From positions 1,402 to 65,401 of the forward strand of contig JBBSHE010000015.1 in assembly GCA_038253325.1 (NCBI GenBank): 64,000 nucleotides of DNA, in the 5' to 3' direction. A program made the position numbers and the translations under genes. Below, piece after piece: positions 26,407 through 35,148 of this stretch. This stretch comes from Propionibacteriales bacterium (GTDB lineage: Bacteria; Actinomycetota; Actinomycetes; Propionibacteriales; Nocardioidaceae). Under the pieces are notes generated by a model. The model was not told the DNA's origin. It did no database searches and saw nothing but the letters and a program-made list of their open reading frames with translations. Positions within the stretch are counted from its first letter, which is position 1. Every line of letters begins with the position of its first letter.

Positions 26407-27995
26407 GACTCAGCCTCCACGGCGAACACGGTGGTTCCCCGTACGACGGTCCGACGACATTGCGGGAGCGGGCGGCCAGGGCGCAGGTCCGGCAGGGCCG
26501 GCAGGGCCGGCAGGGCTGGGGTGCTCGCTGGCCGGACGTCGGCTCCGACCGGAACGTCCCAGATCGCCAAGGTCGCCTCCCGGCCAGGGGCCAGCACGCC
26601 GCCCCAGTCGTTTCGAGCGGCCCGATGGCCGCCCCTCGTGTGTGCGTCGAACGCTGCCGCGGTACCGATCTGCTGACCGGGCGTCCGATGGTGCACCGCG
26701 GCACGGACGCCTCCCCACGGGTTGAACGGCGTGACCGGGGTGTCCGACCCGAAGGCCAGCGTCACACCGACCCGCCGGAACCCGGCGAACGCGTTCATCC
26801 GACTGGCCCGTGCAGAACCGAGCCGGGACGCGTACAACGCGTCGGTACCGCCCCAGGCTGCGTCGAACGCCGGCTGGACGCTGGCGACCACGCCGAGCTC
26901 GGCCATCGTCTGCATTCCCTTGCCGTCGATCAGCTCGACATGCTCGAGCCGGTGCCGGGCCGCGCGGATCGCGTCGGTACCTACCCGCTCGGCCGCTTCA
27001 CGCACACCTGCGAGAGCGGTCGCGACGGCGTCGTCGCCGATGACATGGAACCCGGCCTGGACACCGGCGACCGTGCAGGCGACGACGTGATCTCGGACCT
27101 GCGCGGCGGTGAGGTAGCGGTGGCCACGGGTGCTCGCATCTGCATACGGCGTCGTGAAAGCCGCGGTCCGTGAGCCGACGGAACCGTCCACACACAGGTC
27201 ACCGGCGAACCCGCGGATCCCTGCGGGAACCGCGGATCCGGCAAACAGATCGCCCCAGTACGACACGACGTCGGGTGTGCGTTCGCCGCCGGCGATCCGG
27301 CGTGCGGTCGTCAGGTCGTCGGGACCGGACAGATGCGGTCCACCGAGGTCGTGCACCATTCCGATCCCGCAGGCTGCCGCCATCCCGAGCGCGTCTCGGA
27401 TCGCCCGCTCCCGGAACGCGCCGGTGGTGAGCCGGTGAGCCGCGCCACGAACCGCATGGTGAGCCCCCCGGGTCACCGGCCCGTCGTCGGACCAGCCCTC
27501 GAGCCCCGCGGCTTGTGGTACCTGCTCGAGCAGCGCCGGCGAGGCCAGGGCACTGTGCGCGTCCACCCGACTCAGGTACGCCGGCCGTCCACCCACCGCG
27601 CGTTCCAAGGCGGCTCGACCGGGGAGGTCAGGCGTTGTCCACCGGCTCTCGTCCCAGCCGTGCCCGAGCACCGGCTCATCCGGGTGCTGGGTTGCGTACC
27701 GGCTCACGGAGTCCAGCAGCTGACGTGCGTTCTCGACGCCCGTCAGGTCGAGGGTGCGTGCAGCAATACCGGTCTGAGCCAGATGGGCGTGCGCGTCGAC
27801 GAACGCGGCGGTCACCAGGCTCCCCTCGAGCTCCACGATCTCATCGGCCCCGTCGGCGTAGGGACCACCGGTTGGGTCGGCTCCCACCCAGGCGACGTCG
27901 CCGCCGACGGTGGCCAGGGACGTCGCGCCGGCTGCGGCGGCCGTGTAGACGTGCCCCCCGCGATAGAGCACCGAGTGATCGGACCGGGTGGTCAC
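26403..27995 (-). CDS. amidohydrolase family protein (YtcJ/amidohydrolase-3-like metallohydrolase)
   Basis: The start is reassigned to GTG 27995 ('VTTRSDHSVLYRGGHVYT'). It has the metal-binding 'FVDAHAHL' and a later 'HRLEHVELI'. Its start overlaps the kdd stop (GTGA) and its stop overlaps the kamD start by 4 nt. Confidence 0.8.
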   Translation of the reverse strand: MTTRSDHSVLYRGGHVYTAAAAGATSLATVGGDVAWVGADPTGGPYADGADEIVELEGSLVTAAFVDAHAHLAQTGIAARTLDLTGVENARQLLDSVSRYATQHPDEPVLGHGWDESRWTTPDLPGRAALERAVGGRPAYLSRVDAHSALASPALLEQVPQAAGLEGWSDDGPVTRGAHHAVRGAAHRLTTGAFRERAIRDALGMAAACGIGMVHDLGGPHLSGPDDLTTARRIAGGERTPDVVSYWGDLFAGSAVPAGIRGFAGDLCVDGSVGSRTAAFTTPYADASTRGHRYLTAAQVRDHVVACTVAGVQAGFHVIGDDAVATALAGVREAAERVGTDAIRAARHRLEHVELIDGKGMQTMAELGVVASVQPAFDAAWGGTDALYASRLGSARASRMNAFAGFRRVGVTLAFGSDTPVTPFNPWGGVRAAVHHRTPGQQIGTAAAFDAHTRGGHRAARNDWGGVLAPGREATLAIWDVPVGADVRPASTPALPALPALPDLRPGRPLPQCRRTVVRGTTVFAVEAES

Positions 27996-29065
27996 GGCGC
28001 CACCTGATGGGCAATGCGGGACTCGAAGAGCCGCCGCAGTCCTGGGTTCGTCCGGATCAGGTCGAGGGCATAGCCGGCGTGGCCGGGAACGTAGCCGTTG
28101 CCGATCAGCATGGTCACGTCGGCTGCCAGCCCCTCGGCACCGAGCGCGGCGGCGGAGAACGACGTCGCCATCGAGAAGAAGATCACGGTGCCGCCGTCGG
28201 CGGTGGCGAGGATGGCGCCCCCTTCGCATCCGGGTACGTCGACACACACGACCGTGACGTCGGCGGGGCCGCCCGCCGCCTCGACGGCTCCGGAGAGGGC
28301 GACCGGGTCCCGGGCGTCGGCGAGAACCACCTCGTCGGCGAGCCCCGCATCAACCAAGGCGGCACGCTCGGCTTCGACGGGGACGACACCGATGCATCGG
28401 GAGGCACCCGCCTGCCGAGCGGCCGCCAGCGCGAGCGAGCCGCTCTTCCCCGCCGCTCCCACGACCGCCGCCCGCGGCACTCTGCCGCGAGACACGAAGT
28501 CCCTCACGACTCTGCCGGTCAGCGCGGGGGCACCGCAAACGTCCATGACCGCAAGTGCCAGCGGAGTGGGCAGGTCGTCGGGGATGACGGCCGCGATCGA
28601 CCGGCCGAACAAGATCGCGTAGCCCGCGCACGGGATCTGCTCCGACAGACCGTCCCAGCCGGCCAGCTCGTCGGTGATCACGAGCGGGGTCAGGGTCAGC
28701 GACACCAGCGTTGCCACCGGGTCTCCCACTTCCAGCCTGAGTGGTGAGCGTGGCCCGACCTCCTCGACGGTACCGACCAGCATTCCTCCCGATCCGGTCA
28801 CCGGGTTCTGCATCTTGCCGCGGCTCCTGATGATGGCGAGCACCTCCCGACGGACGGCCGCACCGTCTCGGCGATGCGCCGTGAGTAGCTGCCGGAAGGA
28901 CGCCGCGTCGAGGTTGAGCCGGCTTACACGTATCCGTACCTCGTCCGGCGCAAGCCGGGGGCTGGTGTCGAGCCGGTCCGCCGCCTGCGGGAGGACAAGG
29001 CGGGCACCGCGGACCCGATGCAGCCCCTCGGCGCTGCTTCCCGCACCCCAGTCCTTGGCCGTCAT
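27992..29065 (-). CDS. kdd: L-erythro-3,5-diaminohexanoate dehydrogenase-like (MDR-fold) enzyme
   Basis: The start is set at ATG 29065, 6 nt after the AGGAGG-type site (rc of 29071-76). The Rossmann motif is 'AAVVGAAGKSGSLALAAARQAG'. It is the first gene of the kam operon and lies divergent from kamA. Confidence 0.7.
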   Translation of the reverse strand: MTAKDWGAGSSAEGLHRVRGARLVLPQAADRLDTSPRLAPDEVRIRVSRLNLDAASFRQLLTAHRRDGAAVRREVLAIIRSRGKMQNPVTGSGGMLVGTVEEVGPRSPLRLEVGDPVATLVSLTLTPLVITDELAGWDGLSEQIPCAGYAILFGRSIAAVIPDDLPTPLALAVMDVCGAPALTGRVVRDFVSRGRVPRAAVVGAAGKSGSLALAAARQAGASRCIGVVPVEAERAALVDAGLADEVVLADARDPVALSGAVEAAGGPADVTVVCVDVPGCEGGAILATADGGTVIFFSMATSFSAAALGAEGLAADVTMLIGNGYVPGHAGYALDLIRTNPGLRRLFESRIAHQVAP

Positions 29066-29190
29066 CCAATTCCTCCTGGACATCCTGCTTTCGAGCGAAC
29101 GTTTTGCGGCGTCACTTTGCCCGAGCCGGAGATTTTCCCGTAGTCTGGCAGGAAGTTCAACAGACATTCAAACACACCCGCGGAGGATCG

Positions 29191-30633
29191 ATGAGCGCTG
29201 CGGACAGCGACGGCCAGCCGTACGTCTACCGGCGCCGCGAGCTGGTCGAACCGGACTGGACCAGGCTCCCGGGCTGGCGCGCCGTCACCACCGCCGACTG
29301 GGAGTCCGTGCAGTGGCAGCGGGCGCACTGCGTCAAGAACGCCAAGCAGCTTCGCGACGTGCTCGGCGACCTCGTCGACGACCGGTTCTACGCCGACCTC
29401 GAGGCGGACCAGCAGCGCCGGGCGACGATGTCCATGCTGTTGCCGCCGCAGATGCTCAACACCATCGTGCCGACCGCCACACCGACCACCGATGCGTTCA
29501 CTGAGCTGTTTTATGGCGACCCGGTGCGTCGCTACATGCTGCCGGTGTTCTCCGACCGCCGGACCGACTGGTCGAGTCACCCGCACGCGACCCGCGACTC
29601 GCTGCACGAACATGATATGTGGGTCGCCGAGGGACTCACCCACCGCTACCCGACGAAGGTGCTGGCCGAGCTCCTCCCGACCTGCCCGCAGTACTGCGGC
29701 CACTGCACCCGGATGGATCTGGTGGGCAACTCGACCCCGGTGATCGACAAGCTCAAGTTCGATCTGAAACCGGTCGAGCGGCACCAGGCGATCCTCGACT
29801 ACCTGTGCCGGTCGCCGCAGGTACGTGACGTCGTGGTCTCCGGCGGCGACGTCGCCAACTTGCCGTGGCCCCGGCTCGAGGCCTTCGTCGGCGCCCTCCT
29901 CGACATCGAGAACATCCGCGACATCCGGCTCGCGACGAAGGCGCTGATGGGGATGCCTCAGCACTGGCTGCAGGGCCAGGTCGTCGACGGGATGGCGCGG
30001 CTGGCCGCCAAGTCACGCGCTCGGGGTGCCTCGATCGCGATCCACACCCACGTGAACCACGCGAACTCGGTGACACCGCTGGTCGCTGCGGCAACCCGCG
30101 CCATGCTCGACTGCGGAATCCGAGACGTGCGAAACCAGGGCGTGCTCCTGGGCGGCGTAAACGACGACCCGCACGTGCTTCTGGACCTGGCTTTCGCCCT
30201 CCTCGACGGCGCCCAGATCATGCCCTACTACTTCTACATGTGCGACATGATCCCGTTCAGCGAGCACTGGCGGATCTCCGTCGGCCGCGCCCAGGAGCTT
30301 CAGCACGCGATTATGGGGTATTTGCCCGGTTTCGCGACGCCGCGCATCGTCTGCGACGTGCCGTTCGTCGGCAAACGCTGGGTGCACCAGCTCGAGTCGT
30401 ACGACGGCGAGCGCGGCATCTCGTACTGGACCAAGAACTACCGCACCTCGATCGAGGCTGATGACCCGGACGCGCTGTCACGCAGGTACGAGTACTACGA
30501 CCCGATCCACACGCTGCCCCCCGCCGGTCAGGACTGGTGGCGCGAACACGCGGGCGACCACCTGGCGGCGGCCGAAGCGGCTGCGGCCTCGTCTCGCGGA
30601 GTCGCCGAGGCCCAGAAGCTCCTGGTTCCTTAG
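29191..30633 (+). CDS. kamA: lysine 2,3-aminomutase (KamA-family radical SAM/PLP enzyme)
   Basis: The start is set at ATG 29191 with GGAGGA upstream. The radical-SAM CxxxCxxC motif is 'CPQYCGHCTRMD'. It also shows 'VVSGGDVANL' and 'IAIHTHVNH'. Confidence 0.9.
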   Translation: MSAADSDGQPYVYRRRELVEPDWTRLPGWRAVTTADWESVQWQRAHCVKNAKQLRDVLGDLVDDRFYADLEADQQRRATMSMLLPPQMLNTIVPTATPTTDAFTELFYGDPVRRYMLPVFSDRRTDWSSHPHATRDSLHEHDMWVAEGLTHRYPTKVLAELLPTCPQYCGHCTRMDLVGNSTPVIDKLKFDLKPVERHQAILDYLCRSPQVRDVVVSGGDVANLPWPRLEAFVGALLDIENIRDIRLATKALMGMPQHWLQGQVVDGMARLAAKSRARGASIAIHTHVNHANSVTPLVAAATRAMLDCGIRDVRNQGVLLGGVNDDPHVLLDLAFALLDGAQIMPYYFYMCDMIPFSEHWRISVGRAQELQHAIMGYLPGFATPRIVCDVPFVGKRWVHQLESYDGERGISYWTKNYRTSIEADDPDALSRRYEYYDPIHTLPPAGQDWWREHAGDHLAAAEAAAASSRGVAEAQKLLVP

Positions 30634-30689
30634 CGCCCGCCAGCTGACGCATTGCGTCACTGGGCGGTGAGGTCTTCTGGTCCTAGGCG

Positions 30690-31292
30690 TCAACTCTGCG
30701 GCGAGGATGGTTCATGCAGTGATTCGTCATCCCGGTGCCGTGTCCGGTAGTCGCGCATCTTCGCCTTCGTGCCGCACCGCTCCATGGAGCACCACCGCCG
30801 CCGCCCCGGACGCGAGTTGTCGAAGAAGAGCAGCTCGCAGTCGGTCGCCGCGCAGCCTCGGAGCCGATCCCTGGTCGGCCCGCCGAACAAGCTAATCGCG
30901 TCTCGGGCGAGCGTCGAAAGCATCGCAGGTACGTCCGCAGGCCACGTGTCACACCGTCCCGACGTGATGAGACGCGGTACGGGCGGTGCCGACTTGGCTG
31001 CGGCGTTCACGACGTCCACGGACGCGGGGTCGAACGTGCGGCCGGCCAGCTGCTGCTGCGTCAGCTGCCAGATCGCTTCACGTAGCGCCCTCGCCGGTGC
31101 GAGATCCGCGCTGACAGCCCGCATGCGCGGGAGGTCGAGCACGAACGCGAGCCACGCGCCAAGATCGTCCGCGTCGTGGATCAGCTCGGCGTCCTGCCAG
31201 CGGCCGATGCCACCGGTGTGGACGAAGTCAAGACAAAGCCGACCGGTGCGGAATCGTCTCCCGGTGAGGGCGTCGAGCTCGGTCCGCGGCAT
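30690..31292 (-). CDS. CGNR zinc-finger (ABATE-domain) putative regulator
   Basis: The start is set at ATG 31292. The C-terminal 'CAATDCELLFFDNSRPGRRRWCSMERCGTKAKMRDYR' is the CGNR zinc-finger signature. Confidence 0.85.
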   Translation of the reverse strand: MPRTELDALTGRRFRTGRLCLDFVHTGGIGRWQDAELIHDADDLGAWLAFVLDLPRMRAVSADLAPARALREAIWQLTQQQLAGRTFDPASVDVVNAAAKSAPPVPRLITSGRCDTWPADVPAMLSTLARDAISLFGGPTRDRLRGCAATDCELLFFDNSRPGRRRWCSMERCGTKAKMRDYRTRHRDDESLHEPSSPQS

Positions 31293-31295
31293 AGT

Positions 31296-31316
31296 GTTAC
31301 CATTATGACAGGTAAC
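31296..31316. promoter_or_regulatory. 6-9-6 inverted repeat in the CGNR/ridA divergent gap
   Basis: GTTACC-attatgaca-GGTAAC lies in the AT-rich 31-bp gap between ATG 31292 (minus strand) and GTG 31324 (plus strand). Confidence 0.4.
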
Positions 31317-31323
31317 TGATAGC

Positions 31324-31740
31324 GTGGCGCGCATGGTCGAGCTCACCCGCATCAACCCGTCGGCCCTGCCGCGAAACCCCGCCTTCTCACAAGCAGTTGT
31401 CGTCACCGGACAGGGCCGCACCATATATCTCGGCGGCCAGAACGGGGTCGACGGCAACGGCGCGGTCGTTGGTACCGACGTCCATACCCAGACGTCGCGT
31501 GCACTGCAGAACCTGCAGCTTGTCCTCGCAGCGGCCGGTGCGGACGAGCGCGCGGTCGTGAGCCTGTCGATCACCCTCGTCGATCAGGCCGATCTGCCCG
31601 AGGGGTTCCGTGCATTCCAGGAGACCTGGGACGCTGGTGTCGAACCGCCGGCCATCACCGTGTCGTGCGTGTCCGCGTTGGCGAACCCGGCATTCCTGGT
31701 CGAGATCAGCGCGATCGCGGCTACGGACGCTGTCCCATGA
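31324..31740 (+). CDS. RidA/YjgF family reactive-intermediate deaminase
   Basis: 138 aa with 'FSQAVVVTGQGRTIYLGGQNGVD' and the C-terminal 'FLVEISAIA' typical of the YjgF family. An alternative start is ATG 31333. Confidence 0.88.
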   Translation: MARMVELTRINPSALPRNPAFSQAVVVTGQGRTIYLGGQNGVDGNGAVVGTDVHTQTSRALQNLQLVLAAAGADERAVVSLSITLVDQADLPEGFRAFQETWDAGVEPPAITVSCVSALANPAFLVEISAIAATDAVP

Positions 31741-31770
31741 CGCCGGTCGGGCCATGACGCCGGTCGGGCA
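31737..31770 (+). repeat. 17-bp tandem duplication spanning a start codon
   Basis: ATGACGCCGGTCGGGCC (31737-53) is followed by ATGACGCCGGTCGGGCA (31754-70). The first ATG overlaps the ridA stop (ATGA). The second ATG is the in-frame start of the SRPBCC gene. Confidence 0.95.
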
Positions 31771-32167
31771 GACGGCTGACGGGAAATGGCAACTCGGCGT
31801 CCGACGCACGTTCCCTCTCGAACCGAACGAAGCCTGGGTGATGCTCGCCTCACCGACGGCATTGCGCACATTGCTGGGCGCCGACGGTGCCGTCCTGGAG
31901 GCGGGCAGAACCTTCACCGATGGCGAGCACACGCAATGCGAGGTACGCAGCGTCACGCCCAATCAGGTCGCGCGAATCTCGTGGCGCCCTCCCGGATGGG
32001 AAGCCACGTCAGTGCTGCAGCTCCGCATCATTTCCGCGGCCACCGGTACGACCATCGCCATCCACCACGAAGGCCTGCCCGACCAACCGTCACGTCAGCG
32101 CTTGCTCGAGCGATGGACGGCAGCGTTGGATCGCCTCGGCGAGACGTTCCCATATCCGCCCTCTTGA
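31754..32167 (+). CDS. SRPBCC/AHSA1-like domain protein
   Basis: 137 aa from ATG 31754: 'MTPVGQTADGKWQLGVRRTFPLEPNEAWVMLASP...ARISWRPPGWEATSVLQLRI...IAIHHEGL'. Confidence 0.75.
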   Translation: MTPVGQTADGKWQLGVRRTFPLEPNEAWVMLASPTALRTLLGADGAVLEAGRTFTDGEHTQCEVRSVTPNQVARISWRPPGWEATSVLQLRIISAATGTTIAIHHEGLPDQPSRQRLLERWTAALDRLGETFPYPPS

Positions 32168-32172
32168 CTTCC

Positions 32173-32628
32173 TCAGAACCGGGGGTTGCGTTGCTCGTAC
32201 GGCGTGGACAGCACGATCGTGGTCCGGGTGGAAACATTGGCGGTCGCCCGGATCCGCGCCAGCAGCGACTCGAGGTCGGCAGGCTCGGTCACCCGCACCT
32301 TCAAGACGTACGTGTCCTCGCCGGCCACCGAGTGACACGCCTCGATCTCCGAGATGTTCGCCAACCGGTCGGGTGAGTCGTCGGGCTGCGACGGATCGAT
32401 GGGGCGGATGAAGATGAACGCTGTCAGGGCGAGTCCGACCTGACGGAAGTCGATCGCCGCGCCGTAGCCGCGGATGACGCCTCGTTGTTCGAGGCGCTTG
32501 ACCCGCTGGTGCACGGCCGAAGTGGACAGGCCGGTCGCCTTTCCCAGCTCGGTGAACGACATCCTGCCGTCACCCGCCAGCAGCTGGCAGATGAGCGTGT
32601 CGACGCCGTCGAGGGACGACCCGCTCAT
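32173..32628 (-). CDS. Lrp/AsnC family transcriptional regulator
   Basis: 151 aa with the HTH 'MSFTELGKATGLSTSAVHQRVKRLEQRGVIRGY' and a RAM domain. Its start overlaps the stop of the upstream M24 peptidase gene by 1 nt. Confidence 0.92.
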   Translation of the reverse strand: MSGSSLDGVDTLICQLLAGDGRMSFTELGKATGLSTSAVHQRVKRLEQRGVIRGYGAAIDFRQVGLALTAFIFIRPIDPSQPDDSPDRLANISEIEACHSVAGEDTYVLKVRVTEPADLESLLARIRATANVSTRTTIVLSTPYEQRNPRF

Positions 32629-33737
32629 CAGCCGCTCACGACGGACAGCTCACGAGGACGCTGGTTCAGCCGTTCGACCCCATCGGCGGTGACGACGACG
32701 ATGTCCTCGATCCGGGCGCCGTGCTTGCCAGGCAGGTAGATCCCGGGTTCGATCGAGAACGCCATGCCCGGCTCGAGCCGGGTGGGGTTTCCCTCCACGA
32801 TGTACGGCGCCTCGTGCGTCTCCAACCCGATGCCGTGACCGGTGCGATGGATGAAGTACGCGCCGAGGCCCGCGTCGGCGATGACCGCACGTCCGACCCG
32901 GTCGAGGGCCTCGGCACTCACCCCAGGGCGGGCGTAGTCGCACTGCGTGCGCTGTGCCTCGAGCAGCACGTCGTAGAGGTCCTGGAAGCCGTCCGGGGCG
33001 GGCCCTTCGACCAGGTACGTTCGAGTCGAGTCCGAGCAGTAGCCCTCGCGGGTCGAGCCACCGATGTCGACCACCACCGGGTCGCCGGCCGCGAGGGGGG
33101 CATCGGTCGGTTGGTGGTGGGGCGAGGCCGCGTTGGCGCCGGTGGCAACGATCGCGAAGTCGGCGCGCGCGTGACCGGCCTCGATCATCGCGTCCGAGAC
33201 ATCCCGAGCGACCTCTCGCTCGGTGCGGCCGATCCTCAACCACTCCCCCATCCGCGCGTGCACGCGGTCGATCGCGGCGGCGGCACGGCGCAGGGAGCTC
33301 ACCTCGTCGGCGCTCTTGCGGAGCCGGAGGTCGCTCAACAGGTCACCGGCCGGACGCCAACGCAGCGTCGGGTCCGCGGTGCCGAAGGCGTCGACATGAC
33401 GTGCCGGCATCTGGTCGTTCACCGCGAGCACCCGGGGATCGGACGCTGCGTCCAGCGCGAGCCGGTGCGGGTCATCGGTCTCGGACCAGGCGACGACTCG
33501 CATGCCGGCGAGTCCGGCCGGCGAGCGCTCGGCCTCCGCTGCTTCCAGTCCTGGAACGATCAGGGTTGGGTCGCCTTCACGGGGTACGACAAGGGCCGTC
33601 AGACGTTCAAGCGGCGCCGCGTCGTAGCCGGTGAGGTAACGCAGGTCTGCGCCCGGCGTGACGACGAGGGCATCGACGCCCGCGACCGCCATCGCCGCCT
33701 GCAGCCGCTCGATCCGCGACGACAGGTCCAACGTCAT
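32628..33737 (-). CDS. M24 family Xaa-Pro dipeptidase/aminopeptidase
   Basis: 369 aa with the metal-ligand motifs 'VVVDIGG', 'HRTGHGIGLETHE' and 'GMAFSIEPGIY'. Confidence 0.92.
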   Translation of the reverse strand: MTLDLSSRIERLQAAMAVAGVDALVVTPGADLRYLTGYDAAPLERLTALVVPREGDPTLIVPGLEAAEAERSPAGLAGMRVVAWSETDDPHRLALDAASDPRVLAVNDQMPARHVDAFGTADPTLRWRPAGDLLSDLRLRKSADEVSSLRRAAAAIDRVHARMGEWLRIGRTEREVARDVSDAMIEAGHARADFAIVATGANAASPHHQPTDAPLAAGDPVVVDIGGSTREGYCSDSTRTYLVEGPAPDGFQDLYDVLLEAQRTQCDYARPGVSAEALDRVGRAVIADAGLGAYFIHRTGHGIGLETHEAPYIVEGNPTRLEPGMAFSIEPGIYLPGKHGARIEDIVVVTADGVERLNQRPRELSVVSG

Positions 33738-33798
33738 GGCGTCAATCTAAGCAGACCCGACCTGGTCCGAACCTCCAACGACAACGGGTCTGAGTCAG

Positions 33799-34758
33799 AT
33801 GCGTGACATGATCTCGCGGGTGACCCGACGACTCATGCTGCTCGACACTGCGTCGCTCTATTTTCGCGCCTTTTTCGGTGTTCCCGACGTCCGCGCACCC
33901 GATGGAACGCCGGTCAATGCCGTCCGCGGATTGCTCGACTTCATCGCCAGCCTGCTCAACCGGTATGCACCGACCGACCTCGTCTGCTGCTGGGACGACG
34001 ACTGGCGACCGTCCTGGCGGGTCGCCCTGATCCCGTCGTACAAGGCCCACCGCGTCGTCGCCGAGCGCACCGGCGCGGTCGACATCGAGGTCACGCCCGA
34101 CCTGCTGCAGCCGCAGATACCCGTCATCGAGGAGGTCCTCGACGCCCTGGGTCTCGCCGTCGTCGGGGCTGACCAGGCCGAGGCGGACGACGTGATCGCC
34201 ACCCTCGCCACCACCTCATCGGTCGCCACCGACGTCGTAACGGGTGACCGGGACCTGTTCCAGCTGAACGACGACGACCGCGGCATTCGGGTGCTGTACA
34301 CCGGCCGCGGCGTCGGACGACTCGAGGAGATGGACGCGGCCGCGCTCGTGACCAAGTACGGCATCCTTCCGGAGCAGTACGCGGCGTTCGCCGTCCTGCG
34401 TGGCGACCCGTCCGACGGGCTGCCTGGAGTGAAGGGGGTCGGCGACAAGACCGCGACCGCACTGTTGCGGCAGTACGCCGACCTCGATGGGGTGCTCGCC
34501 GCGGCATCTGACGGCGGGTCCGGTCTGGCCTCGTCGCTCCGGGCGAAGATCCTGGCGGCGCAGGACTATCTGACGGTGGCCACCCGGGTGGTCGAGGTGG
34601 CTCGTGACCTCACCCTCCCCGCGGTCGAGTCCCGGCTTCGCCCGGTGCCCGACGAGGTCGTCGAGGCACTCGCCGAACGCCTCGGTCTCGGATCGTCGGT
34701 CCGTCGCGCCGCCATCGCGATCGAGAAGGCCGCGTCTGCCGGGGCGGGGTCGGCCTAG
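33799..34758 (+). CDS. 5'-3' exonuclease (FEN/Pol I N-terminal-like)
   Basis: 319 aa with 'LLDTASLYFRAFFG', 'VTGDRDLFQL' and the H3TH 'GLPGVKGVGDKTATALL'. The true start may be an internal GTG ('VTRRLMLL'). Confidence 0.92.
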   Translation: MRDMISRVTRRLMLLDTASLYFRAFFGVPDVRAPDGTPVNAVRGLLDFIASLLNRYAPTDLVCCWDDDWRPSWRVALIPSYKAHRVVAERTGAVDIEVTPDLLQPQIPVIEEVLDALGLAVVGADQAEADDVIATLATTSSVATDVVTGDRDLFQLNDDDRGIRVLYTGRGVGRLEEMDAAALVTKYGILPEQYAAFAVLRGDPSDGLPGVKGVGDKTATALLRQYADLDGVLAAASDGGSGLASSLRAKILAAQDYLTVATRVVEVARDLTLPAVESRLRPVPDEVVEALAERLGLGSSVRRAAIAIEKAASAGAGSA

Positions 34759-34810
34759 CAACGAAGCGGCTCGACCAAGAGCAGCCTGCGGCTCGGAGAG
34801 GATCTACAAT

Positions 34811-34824
34811 TCCGGTTAACCGGA
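34811..34824. promoter_or_regulatory. perfect 14-bp palindrome TCCGGTTAACCGGA
   Basis: It lies in a locally AT-richer stretch, 14 nt upstream of ATG 34839. As an RNA hairpin it would have only a 5-bp stem, so a protein-binding site is more likely. Confidence 0.4.
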
Positions 34825-34838
34825 CTTGCGGGAATGCC

Positions 34839-35138
34839 ATGGATCGTTCCGAATTCTTTGCCTCGCTGGCCGCGGCCGCGCCGCGCCACGAGGACATCGT
34901 CTACGTCGAACGGTGTGGCACGACCTATTCGTGGCAACGCGCGACCCCGGGCACCGAACCACCGGTGCCAAGTCCCGCGGCGGATGTATGGATCTATTTC
35001 TCGGGACCCTGGCCACGAGAAGACCCGGTCCGGCTGAGGGCATTCTGCGAGGACCTGCTTGCCGAGATGGAGTCGATGGCCGGTGGAGACGACCGGTGCC
35101 GTTGGCCGTTGGACCAGCCATGGCCGATGGCGCACTGA
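34839..35138 (+). CDS. hypothetical protein
   Basis: 99-aa ORF 'MDRSEFFASLAAAAPRHEDIVYVERCGTTYSWQRATPG...RLRAFCEDLLAEMESMAGGDDRCRWPL'. Its composition looks protein-like rather than Arg/Pro-rich shadow. No family was recognised. Confidence 0.45.
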   Translation: MDRSEFFASLAAAAPRHEDIVYVERCGTTYSWQRATPGTEPPVPSPAADVWIYFSGPWPREDPVRLRAFCEDLLAEMESMAGGDDRCRWPLDQPWPMAH

Positions 35139-35148
35139 GCCGGTAGTC

